Assembly (NCBI GenBank): GCA_039683575.1
Contig: JBDKRC010000129.1
Location: forward strand, 1 to 24,097
Length of the DNA: 24,097 bases
Origin: Armatimonadia bacterium
Lineage (GTDB): Bacteria; Armatimonadota; Zipacnadia; Zipacnadales; UBA11051
Direction of reading: 5' to 3'
Below the pieces are notes generated by a model that had not been told where the DNA came from, did no database searches, and saw only the letters and a list, made by a program, of their open reading frames with translations. Of this stretch, positions 7,637-17,446 are shown one piece after another (the stretch's first letter is position 1; each line of letters begins with the position of its first letter). A program made the position numbers and the translations under genes.

Positions 7637-8320
7637 CTACAGCGACGGGCCACCACGTGCCACAGCGGCCTTGGCATGGGCGGTCATGAGGGCGTCATCG
7701 CCGGCAACCTCGCTCATGCGCTCGGCAGTGATGGCCAGGCGGGCGCCGATCACATGGCAATGCGTCCACTCGCTCTTTGTCAGCAGGCGCGGAGCTTTGG
7801 GATGGCTGCGGTGATCGGGGCCGAGAACGAAGCTCTGCTCGTAAGTGGTCGCCAGGTTCGGCGCTGCCTGGGGTATGCCGATCATGATGAAGCCGAGCAG
7901 TGACAGCGGCGCCCACATTGTGAATTTCGTGAGTTCCTGGCCGCTTTCCCCGACGTGGGTAGCGGTGAAGGTTGCAGCAGGCTTGTTAAATAGTTCCCCG
8001 TTGCGGCGCACGCGAAACAGGGAGTCGATGAAGTCCTTCATCTCGGCTGAGGCGCTGGCATAGATCGCGGGTGTGCCAAAGGCGGCGCCGTCACACTTGA
8101 GAAGCTCGGTGGAATCGGCCAGAGCATATTCCTTGCGGCAGCGCTCATCAAGCATGCGCCGCAGCGGGTCTTCGAGGACCTCGCCCAGTTTGTGCTCCAG
8201 AGGCGGGACATAGGCGAGGATGGGCTCGCCGCCGTACTCCTTGACGCCGTCGCCGATGGCGCGCGCCATGAGTTCAACTTCACCGGTAGCGTCGGCAAAG
8301 CAGATATAAATGCTGGCCAC
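7637..8320 (-). CDS. Flavodoxin-fold WrbA-like protein (divergent)
   Basis: MARAIGDGV, CDGAAFGTP, MKDFID, LFNKPAATFT, GQELT follow the WrbA layout. GTG start with GAGGAGG RBS. Confidence 0.75.
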   Translation of the reverse strand: MASIYICFADATGEVELMARAIGDGVKEYGGEPILAYVPPLEHKLGEVLEDPLRRMLDERCRKEYALADSTELLKCDGAAFGTPAIYASASAEMKDFIDSLFRVRRNGELFNKPAATFTATHVGESGQELTKFTMWAPLSLLGFIMIGIPQAAPNLATTYEQSFVLGPDHRSHPKAPRLLTKSEWTHCHVIGARLAITAERMSEVAGDDALMTAHAKAAVARGGPSL

Positions 8321-8447
8321 TGCCGCCTCCTCACTAACATGTTTTCTCGTTGCTGAGGACTGTATTTTTGGGGGGGATGTTCAGAGGGGGAGGCAGGCGT
8401 CAGGGATCACGTTGCAGGGCTCGGGGAACGGCAACTGAGACGGAAAT

Positions 8448-8482
8448 GACACAGGCGACGGGGTTGACCCGTCGCCTGTGTC
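8448..8482 (-). terminator. Hairpin, probable terminator of the DegT gene
   Basis: GACACAGGCGACGGG-gttga-CCCGTCGCCTGTGTC, 15-bp perfect stem about 20 nt after the stop codon; only a short U tract (ATTT). Confidence 0.65.
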
Positions 8483-8503
8483 GTCTGTAGCGTGAGCGGG
8501 GGC

Positions 8504-9760
8504 TTAGCGGGTGATGGCCTGGGTGGCCTGGGCGTCTTCGCCCTCGCGGTAGGTGGTCTCGCCGGCGGCGATGCGGCGGGTGGCGGTGGCCACGGCCGCG
8601 GAGATGTACTCGTTGTCGTGGTGGGACATCTGCGGGTGCATCGGCACGCAGAAGAGGCGCGCGGCGATGAGCTCGGACTTGGGCAGGTTCTGGCCCTGCG
8701 TGTGCTCTGCGATGAAGGGCACGGTGGTGTGACAGGGCGGGTTGGCTACTACGCTGGAGACCTGGTAGTCTTCCCAGAGCATGCGCATGAGTTGGTCGCG
8801 CTTTGCGCTGGCCCAGTCCTCAGGAACGAGGATGGTGTACAGGTAGTAGGTGTGCTTGACCAGGTCGTTCTCGTACGGCAAGGTCAGCTCGGGCACGTCC
8901 TTGAGCAGTTCGGTGCGGGCGATGGCGACAGCGCGCCGCTCGGCGATCATCTTGTCGAGCTTGCGAAGTTGCACGATGCCAACGGCGGCCTGGACCTTGG
9001 TCATCTTGTAGTTGCTGCCCCAGCCGCCGCCCTGCCAGCCGAACTGGCGCAGGCCGCGCAGACGGTTGGCCAACTCGGGATCTTCCACAGTAACGCCGCC
9101 ACCCTCACCGAGAGTGGTCATGAGTTTCTGGGTGTGGAACGACAGGACGCTCATCCAGGCGCCGGCGGTGTTCTTCCTGCCCTTGTATTCGCCGCCCATG
9201 CAGCGGGCCACGTCGCCGATGAACTTGGCGGGGCCATACTTGGGGTGCGGGCGAGCTTCGGCGATGGCCTGGTACTCGTCAATGTGGGCTGAGTAGCCAT
9301 TCATGTGGGTGACCATGATGGCGCGGGTGCGCTCGGTCAGCTTGGCTTCGACGTCGGCGACGTCGGCGCAGAGGGTGCGGGGATCGATTTCGCACACAAC
9401 AAGCTTCGCGCGCTGGCCGATGACGGCCAGCATGGCTGCCTTGAAGTTGACGGAGGGGACGATGACCTCGTCCTCGGGCGACAGATCGAGGCACATCAGG
9501 GTCATGTCCAGGCCGGCGCCGGCGCCGTTGATGGTCACGCAGTCGGCGGTGCCGCAGTACTTGGCCAGGGCAGCCTCAAACTCCTCGATCTCGGGGCAGA
9601 TGAAGCCGAAGCCCTTGGTGGGGTCCATGGAATCGCGAATGGTGCGATTGATGACTTCGAGTTCCTCTTCGCCATAGTAGCTGCCAAGCAGCGGCTCATT
9701 GGGCCAGGCAATATCCAGGCCTCCGGAAGCCAGAATCTTCTCACAGGTCGATGCATCCAT
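8504..9760 (-). CDS. DegT/DnrJ/EryC1/StrS-family PLP-dependent aminotransferase
   Basis: EFEAALAKYCG, EDEVIVPS, SFHTQKLMTTLGEGG (PLP lysine), GSNYKM, RLFCVPMHPQM. ATG 9760 is better spaced from GAGGAGG than TTG 9769. Confidence 0.93.
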   Translation of the reverse strand: MDASTCEKILASGGLDIAWPNEPLLGSYYGEEELEVINRTIRDSMDPTKGFGFICPEIEEFEAALAKYCGTADCVTINGAGAGLDMTLMCLDLSPEDEVIVPSVNFKAAMLAVIGQRAKLVVCEIDPRTLCADVADVEAKLTERTRAIMVTHMNGYSAHIDEYQAIAEARPHPKYGPAKFIGDVARCMGGEYKGRKNTAGAWMSVLSFHTQKLMTTLGEGGGVTVEDPELANRLRGLRQFGWQGGGWGSNYKMTKVQAAVGIVQLRKLDKMIAERRAVAIARTELLKDVPELTLPYENDLVKHTYYLYTILVPEDWASAKRDQLMRMLWEDYQVSSVVANPPCHTTVPFIAEHTQGQNLPKSELIAARLFCVPMHPQMSHHDNEYISAAVATATRRIAAGETTYREGEDAQATQAITR

Positions 9761-9869
9761 TATGCTCAAACCTCCTCGGTTTAGTGGTGAATGGATTGGT
9801 GCGAGCTAGTTCGGCGTGAGGGTGCGGAAGACCTCCGAAGAGCGGCGAATATGTTGTGTCCACAAGATA

Positions 9870-9907
9870 GCTGAGGCCGGCACCCTCGGACGGGTGCCGG
9901 CCTCAGC
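9870..9907 (-). terminator. Hairpin, probable terminator of the TPR gene
   Basis: GCTGAGGCCGGCACCC-tcggac-GGGTGCCGGCCTCAGC, 16-bp stem, followed on the minus strand by TATCTTGT. Confidence 0.7.
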
Positions 9908-9941
9908 GAACTGCGGGTCCCGCGCCTGCTGGCAGGACGGT

Positions 9942-11066
9942 TCAGAACCGGTCTGGCACTCCGGGGCGATGAGGACGGTTCATCTTGGCATGCAGGGCGT
10001 CGATGAAGCCGGGATCGATCTGGGCCCCCCAGCGGGCGGCCCGGTCCACTGCCATCCAGGCCTGCCGGTACTGGCCCCGCTGATAGTAGGCCATCGCCAT
10101 GCCTACGAGAGCGTCGGCATTGCGGGGGTTGTTCTGCACCGCCCCGTGGAAGCGGCGCATTGCCATATCATAGTCTCCCTGCGAGGCGGAAATGACGCCA
10201 AGTTCGTATTCCGGCTCCCCGGGATTGGAAGTGTCCTGCAGCGCTTGTTCCTGCTGAAACGATGCCTCGACAAGCGACGTTCCGGACTCGCGCAGGGCCT
10301 GACCGAGAAGCAGGTGGGCTTCAGCCGAGTCGGGCGCAAGGTCGAGGACCGCACGGTACTCAGGGATGGCCTCGTCCCAATAGCCGAGATTATGCAAGGC
10401 ATTGGCCAGATCGAGGCGCGGTACTACGGCGTTGGGAGCGTTGTTGGCGAGCCATGTGAGGTCTGCAAGACCGGCGTCGGTGCGGCCGGCGTCGAGCAGG
10501 GCCAGACCCCGGAGGTGGCGGGCGATGCCAATGTCCGGGTTGTTCTCGACCGCGGAGTCAAAGAGGGGGGTAGCGATGGCATCATTGCCAGCCTGGGCGT
10601 TGGCATTGGCCACGCGAAGCTGGCCGAAGGGATCATACGGGATGAACGTGCGCAGGAACTCCAGGCGCTGCAGAGTGTTCGCTCCATCAGGCAGATAGGC
10701 AGCATCGTGGAAGTTGCCGTCCTGATCCACCGTGGTCACACGCACGGGCGCATAGGGCTCCATGAACACGCGAGCCCGGAAACCCGTGACAGGAAAGGTG
10801 GTCGGAGCGCCCAGAACGTGGTAGTTGTTCACGGGGAACAGTAGCGCCTGGACACCACCCACGTTGACCCGCGCGATGGGATTCTCAGAGGCCACCACGC
10901 CCATGACCGGATACGAAATCGCGGTGGCGATGGGCATGTAATGCCCCAGGTCGTCGCTCTGAGGGGAGAGCAGTTCAATGAACATGGCCTGGGCCGAGGC
11001 AATCTGGGGCAAGGCCACGAGTACTAAGGCCAGCGCCAGAGGGCGCAGGCACGATCTCACTATCAT
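9942..11066 (-). CDS. Secreted tetratricopeptide-repeat protein
   Basis: ATG 11066 with GAGGTG RBS; signal peptide MIVRSCLRPLALALVLVALPQIASA; beta-rich N-domain then TPR units (LANALHNLGYWDEAIPEYRAVLDLAPDSAEAHLLLGQAL). Confidence 0.85.
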   Translation of the reverse strand: MIVRSCLRPLALALVLVALPQIASAQAMFIELLSPQSDDLGHYMPIATAISYPVMGVVASENPIARVNVGGVQALLFPVNNYHVLGAPTTFPVTGFRARVFMEPYAPVRVTTVDQDGNFHDAAYLPDGANTLQRLEFLRTFIPYDPFGQLRVANANAQAGNDAIATPLFDSAVENNPDIGIARHLRGLALLDAGRTDAGLADLTWLANNAPNAVVPRLDLANALHNLGYWDEAIPEYRAVLDLAPDSAEAHLLLGQALRESGTSLVEASFQQEQALQDTSNPGEPEYELGVISASQGDYDMAMRRFHGAVQNNPRNADALVGMAMAYYQRGQYRQAWMAVDRAARWGAQIDPGFIDALHAKMNRPHRPGVPDRF

Positions 11067-11236
11067 AGTGGACACCTCACAATTCAGGTCAGTTGTACGG
11101 ACGCCGGGGGGAAGGCCGAGGTTCTTGGACGGCAGGGGAGGTTTTGGGGGCCTGGGCGCGTAACCTATGACTGTAGATGAAGCTATTTCGAGCTGCGACC
11201 GCGGAGCTTCTGCAGGAGACCGTGTAGGAGGATCTA

Positions 11237-11884
11237 ATGCCAGACAATATCGAGTTTGTAAGAAATGTGAGCGATCTATCAACAGACGAGGGCTTTCAGT
11301 TCGAATTCTACTGCGACCGATGCAACAACGGGTTCCGGACGCCCTTCAAGGCCTCGGTGTCTGGGAAGGTAGCAGGCGCGCTGGAGGCCGCGAGCAGCGT
11401 CTTCGGCGGCATCTTCAATACCGCGGCCGATTTGACCAACCGCGCCCGCTCGGCTACCTGGGAGCAGGCGCATGATAAGGCTTACGAGGCGTCGGTGGGC
11501 GAGCTGAAGCAGAGCTTCTCACAATGCCCGCATTGCCAGTCATGGGTGTGCCGCAAGAGCTGCTGGAACGAGAAGCGCGGGCTGTGCAAGGAATGCGCGC
11601 CGGACATGGGTGTGGAGATGAGCGCGGCGCAGGCGGCGAAGTCGCGGGAAGAAGTCTGGGCGCACGCGAAGATGAGTGAGGATGACAAGAAGCTGGCCGA
11701 AAGCAACTGGCGCGAGACCATTGTGGCACAGTGCCCCAAGTGTGAAGCGACTCTGGAGAACAACGCGAAATTCTGCCCGGAATGCGGTCACAACCTCAAG
11801 GCCGCGGCCCATTGCAGCGAATGCGGTGAGAAGCTGAAGGAAGGGGCCAAGTTCTGCTCGGGGTGTGGGGCGAAGGTGGAGTAG
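11237..11884 (+). CDS. Zinc-ribbon protein (double zinc ribbon C-terminus)
   Basis: AGGAGG RBS; multiple CxxC pairs (CDRC, CPHC, CKEC, CPKC, CPEC, CSEC, CSGC) and AKFCPECG/AKFCSGCG repeats. Confidence 0.9.
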   Translation: MPDNIEFVRNVSDLSTDEGFQFEFYCDRCNNGFRTPFKASVSGKVAGALEAASSVFGGIFNTAADLTNRARSATWEQAHDKAYEASVGELKQSFSQCPHCQSWVCRKSCWNEKRGLCKECAPDMGVEMSAAQAAKSREEVWAHAKMSEDDKKLAESNWRETIVAQCPKCEATLENNAKFCPECGHNLKAAAHCSECGEKLKEGAKFCSGCGAKVE

Positions 11885-11906
11885 GAAACTAAGAGGGCGG
11901 TGGCTC

Positions 11907-14168
11907 ATGTCTCGGTGTCTGATCTGCCTGTTCTGCATGTTGCTCTTGACCTCGGCGTTTGCCGAGGTCATTGCTTCTGTGGATTTCGAGGGCTGGACGG
12001 CCCCTCTGCCGCAGACCTACGGCGATGGGCCGCAGGTGCTGATGAACGGCGTGGAGGCGGCTGCCGGGCGGACCGGGGCCGGACTGCGGCTGAAGCTGCA
12101 GTATGGGGCCGAGACGCCCAAGGGGCTCAGCTACTACAGTATCAACTTCCCCCAGCCGGTACCCATTGTTCCGCAGATGCAGGAAGCCTCGTTTTGGGTG
12201 AAGACGAATGTGCCCGTGGAGATCAAGGTGCCGATCAGCCCCTTTGGGTTCATCTACCATGGGCCGGGCGTCAAGCCGTCGGCGGAGTGGCAGCAGGTCG
12301 CGGTCAGAGACCTGTATGGCGAGATGAAGAAGTGGTGCCTGCGGGGGGACAAGGACGCTGGGGAGGGGTTCATCAGCGGGCTCATCCTGGCGGTGCGGAC
12401 GACGCCGAACGTGCTGGCGGACATCGCTGTGGACGGTGTGACAGTCACCGCCGCTGAAGGAGCTTTGAAGATGATGCAGGAGGAAGCACGCAAGCGGCGG
12501 TTTGCGCGGGTGAATGCCAGCGTGGTGACGTTGCCGCTATCGGAGGAGGGTAGGTCGCTGCCGTACGTGCTGGACCGGCTCGATGAGGCGGGCGTGGTGG
12601 GCAGTGACATCGTGCTGCTGCCGATGGAGTGCGTGCAGACGGTAGGGGAGGCCATTCCGGGGCCGATCAGTCAGGCCATCGCGGCGAAAGCCAAAGAGTA
12701 CGGAATGTACGTGGTGGGGAACCTGCGGGAGCAGGACGGGGAGAAGACCTATGTGACCTCGTTCTTGTGCAACCGGCAGGGCGAGATCGTGGGCAAGTAC
12801 CGCAAGTCGCACAAGATGCCGGATGAGGCTATGGACCTGGGCGACGATCTGCCGGTCTTCAGCACCGACTTCGGGAAGATTGCCATGAAGATCGGGAGTG
12901 ACCGGTACTTCGCGGACCTTGACCACGTGTACACGGCCAAGGGCGCGCGGATGATCCTGTGGAGCCAGGAGCGGGAGCCGATGGAGGATGAGTGGCTCCA
13001 GGACTACCCGCAGGAGGGGCGGGCGCAGGACTACGGCGTGTTCATCGCGTGCGCGCGCTATAGCAACGCGGGCACGGGGTGGATCACCAACTCCATGCCG
13101 ACCTACCGGGGGATGCCGATTGGGCGGTCATATATCGTCAACCGCGAGGGGATGCGGGTGGCGTGTACGCAGCGGAAGGGTAGTGTGGCGACGGCGGTGA
13201 TTCCCAAGGCCGAGCTGAGCCAGCCGGGACGGGGGGCTATTGATCCGAAGTACCCAGGCTTCAAGGTGCTCGTGGAGCCGGTGAAGGTCCCGGCTCCGGG
13301 GCAGTGGGCCAGGCGCAAAGTGCGCCTGGCGGCCATCGAGAACCACGTCGGGATCGAGGACCTGCTCGCCAAGATCGACCAGTGCGGGCAGATGGGCGTG
13401 GACCTGGTCTGCACGTATGAGATGGTATGGATACCCATACACGGCGACACGCCAGCGCCGGAGCAGGTCGCGAAGGACACCGCGCAGGCGGCTGAGAACC
13501 TGCGGCGGATCGCCGAGAAGGCCGCTCAGCACAGGATGTACGTTCTGGTGGCCGGCGTGATAGAGAAGCGGGAACTGAACGAAGCAATCCTGTACGGCCG
13601 CAATGGGCGGGAAGTGGCGCGCTACCGCAAGTGTGTAAGCACCTACCCTGAGCAGGTCTGCGGTACCAGGGCCAACCTTCTGGAGACGGACTTCGGACGG
13701 ATTGGGGTGCGAATCTGTGCGGACAACGCGCTGGTGGAGCTTGACCGGTGCTATGGGGTGCAGGACGCGGATATCATGTTCGACCTGACACAGGACTGGG
13801 GGCCGGATGCCATCCATCGCAACCTGCGCAATATCAGCCGGTGCATGGACGGGCAGTTCTTCCGGGTTGAGTGCACGCACAAGACAAGCGAGCCGCAGCA
13901 CCGCAGCGCGATTGTTGACCCGTCAGGGGTGCCTGTGGCGCAGAGCGAGTACCTGGGGAACGGGATCGTGACGGCGGTCGTGGACCTGGACAACGACCGG
14001 CCGCGACGGTATTCGCGGGAGTGGAAGGTGCGGGAAGTGGGGGGCTATCTGCCGGAATACCAGGACGCGCAGATGCCGACGGAGTACAACGACCTGCGGG
14101 AAACGATCATCAGGCAGCGAAGGCCGGAGCTCTATGGTGCGCTTTGGCCGGAGGAGAAGAAGCCGTGA
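11907..14168 (+). CDS. Secreted protein with an N-terminal beta-sandwich/CBM-like region and two carbon-nitrogen hydrolase (nitrilase-fold) domains
   Basis: Signal peptide ending TSAFA. Domain 1: LLPME, GKYRKSH, TDFGKIAMKIGSD. Domain 2: CTYE, ARYRK, TDFGRIGVRICAD. C-terminal RRPELY. Confidence 0.85.
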   Translation: MSRCLICLFCMLLLTSAFAEVIASVDFEGWTAPLPQTYGDGPQVLMNGVEAAAGRTGAGLRLKLQYGAETPKGLSYYSINFPQPVPIVPQMQEASFWVKTNVPVEIKVPISPFGFIYHGPGVKPSAEWQQVAVRDLYGEMKKWCLRGDKDAGEGFISGLILAVRTTPNVLADIAVDGVTVTAAEGALKMMQEEARKRRFARVNASVVTLPLSEEGRSLPYVLDRLDEAGVVGSDIVLLPMECVQTVGEAIPGPISQAIAAKAKEYGMYVVGNLREQDGEKTYVTSFLCNRQGEIVGKYRKSHKMPDEAMDLGDDLPVFSTDFGKIAMKIGSDRYFADLDHVYTAKGARMILWSQEREPMEDEWLQDYPQEGRAQDYGVFIACARYSNAGTGWITNSMPTYRGMPIGRSYIVNREGMRVACTQRKGSVATAVIPKAELSQPGRGAIDPKYPGFKVLVEPVKVPAPGQWARRKVRLAAIENHVGIEDLLAKIDQCGQMGVDLVCTYEMVWIPIHGDTPAPEQVAKDTAQAAENLRRIAEKAAQHRMYVLVAGVIEKRELNEAILYGRNGREVARYRKCVSTYPEQVCGTRANLLETDFGRIGVRICADNALVELDRCYGVQDADIMFDLTQDWGPDAIHRNLRNISRCMDGQFFRVECTHKTSEPQHRSAIVDPSGVPVAQSEYLGNGIVTAVVDLDNDRPRRYSREWKVREVGGYLPEYQDAQMPTEYNDLRETIIRQRRPELYGALWPEEKKP

Positions 14169-14172
14169 CGGG

Positions 14173-14922
14173 CTAGACGGTCACGCCCAGATGACCTTCG
14201 CATGGCATCCCAATCGCCTCGAGCACCACTTGCTCGAGGCGCTTTACTTTCTGCGGGTCGGTTGGCGGGGGGTCTTCGAGGGGGGAGCGCAGGCCGAGTT
14301 CCTGCCACTTCTCCAGGCCCATGGTGTGGTAGGGCAGTAGCTCCACGCGTTGCAGCGACGGAACGTCGCGCAGCAGGGCGGCAAGCGCGAGAACCTGCTC
14401 CTCGGTGTCATTCAGGCCGGGGACGATGACCTGGCGGACCCACAGCGGGATGCGCTGCTGTCTGACATAGTCGAGGAACGCCAGGGGCTGCTCCAGGCTG
14501 CCGCCGGTCAGCGCGTGGTACTGGGCCGGGTCGGTGTGCTTGAGGTCCAGAATGACGAGGTCGGCGTGTTGCAGAGCCTCTTTCACCGCATCATTGAGAC
14601 AGGCGCCGCTGGTGTCTACTGCAGTATGGATGCCAACATCCTGGCAGCGACGGAGTAGCTCCGCGACGAACTGTGGCTGCGCCAGCGGCTCGCCGCCAGA
14701 GAGCGTGACGCCGCCATCGCGACCGAAGTACGGCCGCGAACGCTGGACGCGCGCGATGATGTCGTCAGCGGTCATCTCGGTGCCCTGCGCGGCCCACGTG
14801 TCGGGGTTGTGGCAGTAGGCACAGCGCAGCGGGCAGCCAGAGAAGAAGACCACGGTCCGCAAGCCGGGCCCGTCGAGGGCACCGAGGGTTTCGATTGAGT
14901 GGATTTGTGCGTTCATGGACAT
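14173..14922 (-). CDS. pflA: Pyruvate formate-lyase activating enzyme (radical SAM)
   Basis: IHSIETLGALDGPGLRTVVFFSGCPLRCAYCHNPDTW, GGVTLSGGEP, ELLPYHTMG. Start at ATG 14922 or 14916; the ORF-track extension runs through a repeat region. Confidence 0.97.
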   Translation of the reverse strand: MSMNAQIHSIETLGALDGPGLRTVVFFSGCPLRCAYCHNPDTWAAQGTEMTADDIIARVQRSRPYFGRDGGVTLSGGEPLAQPQFVAELLRRCQDVGIHTAVDTSGACLNDAVKEALQHADLVILDLKHTDPAQYHALTGGSLEQPLAFLDYVRQQRIPLWVRQVIVPGLNDTEEQVLALAALLRDVPSLQRVELLPYHTMGLEKWQELGLRSPLEDPPPTDPQKVKRLEQVVLEAIGMPCEGHLGVTV

Positions 14923-14948
14923 AGCTAGAGGCCAAAAACAGTTGAAGG

Positions 14949-15140
14949 AAAATGGGGACTGACACCACTTTCGCAACCTAGCCCTCGCAACCCAATAAGC
15001 TCTTTGCGAAAATGGTGTCTGTCCCCGTTTTCCGGTGGTGGCGGGGATGCAAAAGCAGCAACGGGGACAGACCCCAATTTCGCCTGATGATTTGGTTTGT
15101 GATGGAGCCTGGCGAGCGAAATCAGGGTCAGTCCCCGTTT
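14949..15140. repeat. Two inverted-repeat doublets of a GGGGAC(A/T)GAC(A/C)CC element
   Basis: AAAATGGGGACTGACACCACTTTCGCAA (14949-14976) pairs with TTGCGAAAATGGTGTCTGTCCCCGTTTT (15004-15031). AACGGGGACAGACCCCAATTTCGC (about 15060-15083) pairs with GCGAAATCAGGGTCAGTCCCCGTT (about 15116-15139). Confidence 0.85.
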
Positions 15141-15160
15141 CTGTTGCCGGGCCGAACTGC

Positions 15161-17392
15161 TCACAGCGCCTCATGGAAAGTGCGGGCGATTACTTCCTCC
15201 TGCTGCTCGCGACTGAGCTTGTGGAAGTTCACCGCGTACCCAGACACGCGAATCGTCAACTGCGGGTGCTTCTCCGGGTGGTCCATGGCCTCGCGCAGGA
15301 CGTCCTGATTGATGACGTTCACGTTGAGGTGATGGCCGGCCTGCAAGAAGTATCCGTCGAGGAGGCTCACCAGGTTTTGCTTACGGTCGGGGAGAGTCCG
15401 CCCGAGAGTGCCGGGCGTCACGCCGAAAGTGCACGAGACGCCGTCAAGGCAGCATTCGTAGGGTATTTTGGCGACTGAGTTGAGCGAGGCCAGGGCGCCG
15501 CAGTGGTCGCGGTGATGCAGGGGATTTGCGCCTGGCGCGAAGGGGGCGCCGGCCGCGCGGCCATCGGGCGTCATGCCGGTCTTGTGGCCGTAGACGACGT
15601 TGGAGGTGATGGTCAGGACCGAGAGCGTCGGCTTGGCGTCACGATAGGTGGCGTGGCTGGCGAGACCGGCTTGGAAATCGCGGAGTTGCTCGGCAGCGAT
15701 GGCGTCCACGCGGTCGTCGTCGTTGCCAAACTGCGGGTAGTCGCCCTGCACATCGAAATCGGTGATCAGGCCGCGGTCGTCGCGGCGGGCGGTGACCTGG
15801 GCATACTTGATGGCGCTCAGCGAGTCGGCCAGCACCGACAGCCCGGCGACGCCGAAGGCCATGAGACGCTCAACTTCGCTGTCATGCAACGCCATCTGGA
15901 GCTTCTCATAGGCATACTTGTCGTGCATGTAGTGGATGACGTTCATCGTGTTGACGTAGAGTTCCGTCAGCCAGTCTCGGTAGAAGACAAAGCGCTCAAG
16001 CACCTGCTCGTAGTCGAGAGCCCCGTCAGCAATGGGGGGCAGCTCAGGGCCGACCTGCTGGCCGCTGATCTCGTCACGGCCGCCGTTGAGGGCCATGAGC
16101 AGGACCTTGGGGAGGTTGCAGCGGGCGCCAAAGAACTGCATCTGCTTGCCAATGCGCATGGCCGAGACGCAGCAGGCGATGCCGTAGTCGTCGCCATAGA
16201 GCGGGCGCATCAGGTCGTCGTTCTCATACTGGATGGCACCGGTCTCGATGGAGACGCGGGCCACATACTGCTTGAAGGCGTCGGGCAGGTCCTGCGACCA
16301 GAGGATGGTCAGATTAGGCTCGGGCGCCGACCCCAGGTTGTAGAGCGTGTGCAGCATCCGGAAGCTGGTGCGGGACACGAGCGGTCGGCCATCTTCGCCG
16401 ACGCCGCCGACAGCCTCGGTGATCCACATCGGGTCCCCGGCAAACAGTTCGTTGTACTCAGGCGTGCGAAGCTGGCGGGCGAGACGGAGCTTGAGGACGA
16501 AGTCGTCAATGAGCTCCTGCGCGCCGGCCTCGTCGAGAGCGCCCTCGGCGAGATCCCGCTGCAGATAGATATCCAGGAAAGTGCCGACGCGGCCGAGAGA
16601 CATCGCCGCGCCGTTCTGCTCTTTGATCGCGCCGAGATAGGCGAAGTAGAGCCACTGGATGGCCTCGCGGGCGTTTGTGGCCGGGCCGGAGATGTTGTGC
16701 CCGTAGGTGGCGGCCAGGGCCTTGAGCTTCTCGAGAAAGTCTATCTGCTTGTAGATCTCTTCGCTCAAGCGGATATTCTCTTCGGTCATGGGGCGGCGGC
16801 CGAGCTCGCGCTTGTCCGCCTGCTTGGCGGCGATCAGCGCGTCCACGCCATATAGCGCCACGCGGCGGTAGTCGCCGATGATCCGCCCGCGCCCATACGC
16901 ATCAGGCAGCCCCGTGATGACGCCACTGCGGCGGGCGGCCTTCATCTCGTCGGTGTACACGCGGAAGACGCCGTCGTTGTGGGTAGTGCGGAAAGCGAAG
17001 GCCTCCTCGACCCGGTAGTCGAGCTTGTAGCCGTAGGAGGCGCAGGCGTCCCGGGCCATGCGGATGCCGCCGAAGGGATTGACGCTGCGGCGCAGCGGGC
17101 GCGCGGTCTGCAGGCCCACGATCAGCTCGCGATCCTGGTCGAGGTAGCCGGCGGGATAGGTCAGCAGGGAGGATACGGTGGTGGTGTCGATGTCCAGCAC
17201 GCCGCCGCTGAGCGCTTCGAGTTCGAAGTAGCGCTCAGCCTTGTCGCGCAGGGCAACAGTGCGGTCGGTGGGTGGGGCGAGGAAGCCCTCGTCGCCCGTG
17301 TAGGGGGTATAGTTGCGCTGGATGAAATCGCGAACGTTGATCTCATCCTGCCAGGTACCGTCATTGAAGTTGCGCCAGCCGCTGTTGGGCAT
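15161..17392 (-). CDS. pflB: Formate C-acetyltransferase (pyruvate formate-lyase)
   Basis: [22 protein letters not shown], active-site IACCVS, glycyl-radical loop [18 protein letters not shown]. Confidence 0.98.
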   Translation of the reverse strand: MPNSGWRNFNDGTWQDEINVRDFIQRNYTPYTGDEGFLAPPTDRTVALRDKAERYFELEALSGGVLDIDTTTVSSLLTYPAGYLDQDRELIVGLQTARPLRRSVNPFGGIRMARDACASYGYKLDYRVEEAFAFRTTHNDGVFRVYTDEMKAARRSGVITGLPDAYGRGRIIGDYRRVALYGVDALIAAKQADKRELGRRPMTEENIRLSEEIYKQIDFLEKLKALAATYGHNISGPATNAREAIQWLYFAYLGAIKEQNGAAMSLGRVGTFLDIYLQRDLAEGALDEAGAQELIDDFVLKLRLARQLRTPEYNELFAGDPMWITEAVGGVGEDGRPLVSRTSFRMLHTLYNLGSAPEPNLTILWSQDLPDAFKQYVARVSIETGAIQYENDDLMRPLYGDDYGIACCVSAMRIGKQMQFFGARCNLPKVLLMALNGGRDEISGQQVGPELPPIADGALDYEQVLERFVFYRDWLTELYVNTMNVIHYMHDKYAYEKLQMALHDSEVERLMAFGVAGLSVLADSLSAIKYAQVTARRDDRGLITDFDVQGDYPQFGNDDDRVDAIAAEQLRDFQAGLASHATYRDAKPTLSVLTITSNVVYGHKTGMTPDGRAAGAPFAPGANPLHHRDHCGALASLNSVAKIPYECCLDGVSCTFGVTPGTLGRTLPDRKQNLVSLLDGYFLQAGHHLNVNVINQDVLREAMDHPEKHPQLTIRVSGYAVNFHKLSREQQEEVIARTFHEAL

Positions 17393-17446
17393 GTCCGTAC
17401 CTCCGTAGAAGTATTGAAGATCCCATGACAGCGGGGCCCAGAAACG

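Noticed and set aside
11067-11282. N-terminal extension of the TPR ORF
   Set aside because: Overlaps the divergent gene; RBS and signal peptide point to ATG 11066.
14923-15174. 84-aa N-terminal extension of PflA in the ORF track
   Set aside because: It is a translation of the inverted-repeat region; PflA homology starts at MNAQIHSIE.
15503-16855. Long antisense ORFs (450 aa here; also 229-1188, 2440-3321, 9816-10844, 19131-20003, 22850-23866)
   Set aside because: Shadow frames of well-supported genes in GC-rich DNA, with no recognisable motifs.
15161-17392. Novel glycyl radical enzyme
   Set aside because: The adjacent Cys-Cys active site and overall motifs are those of canonical PFL.
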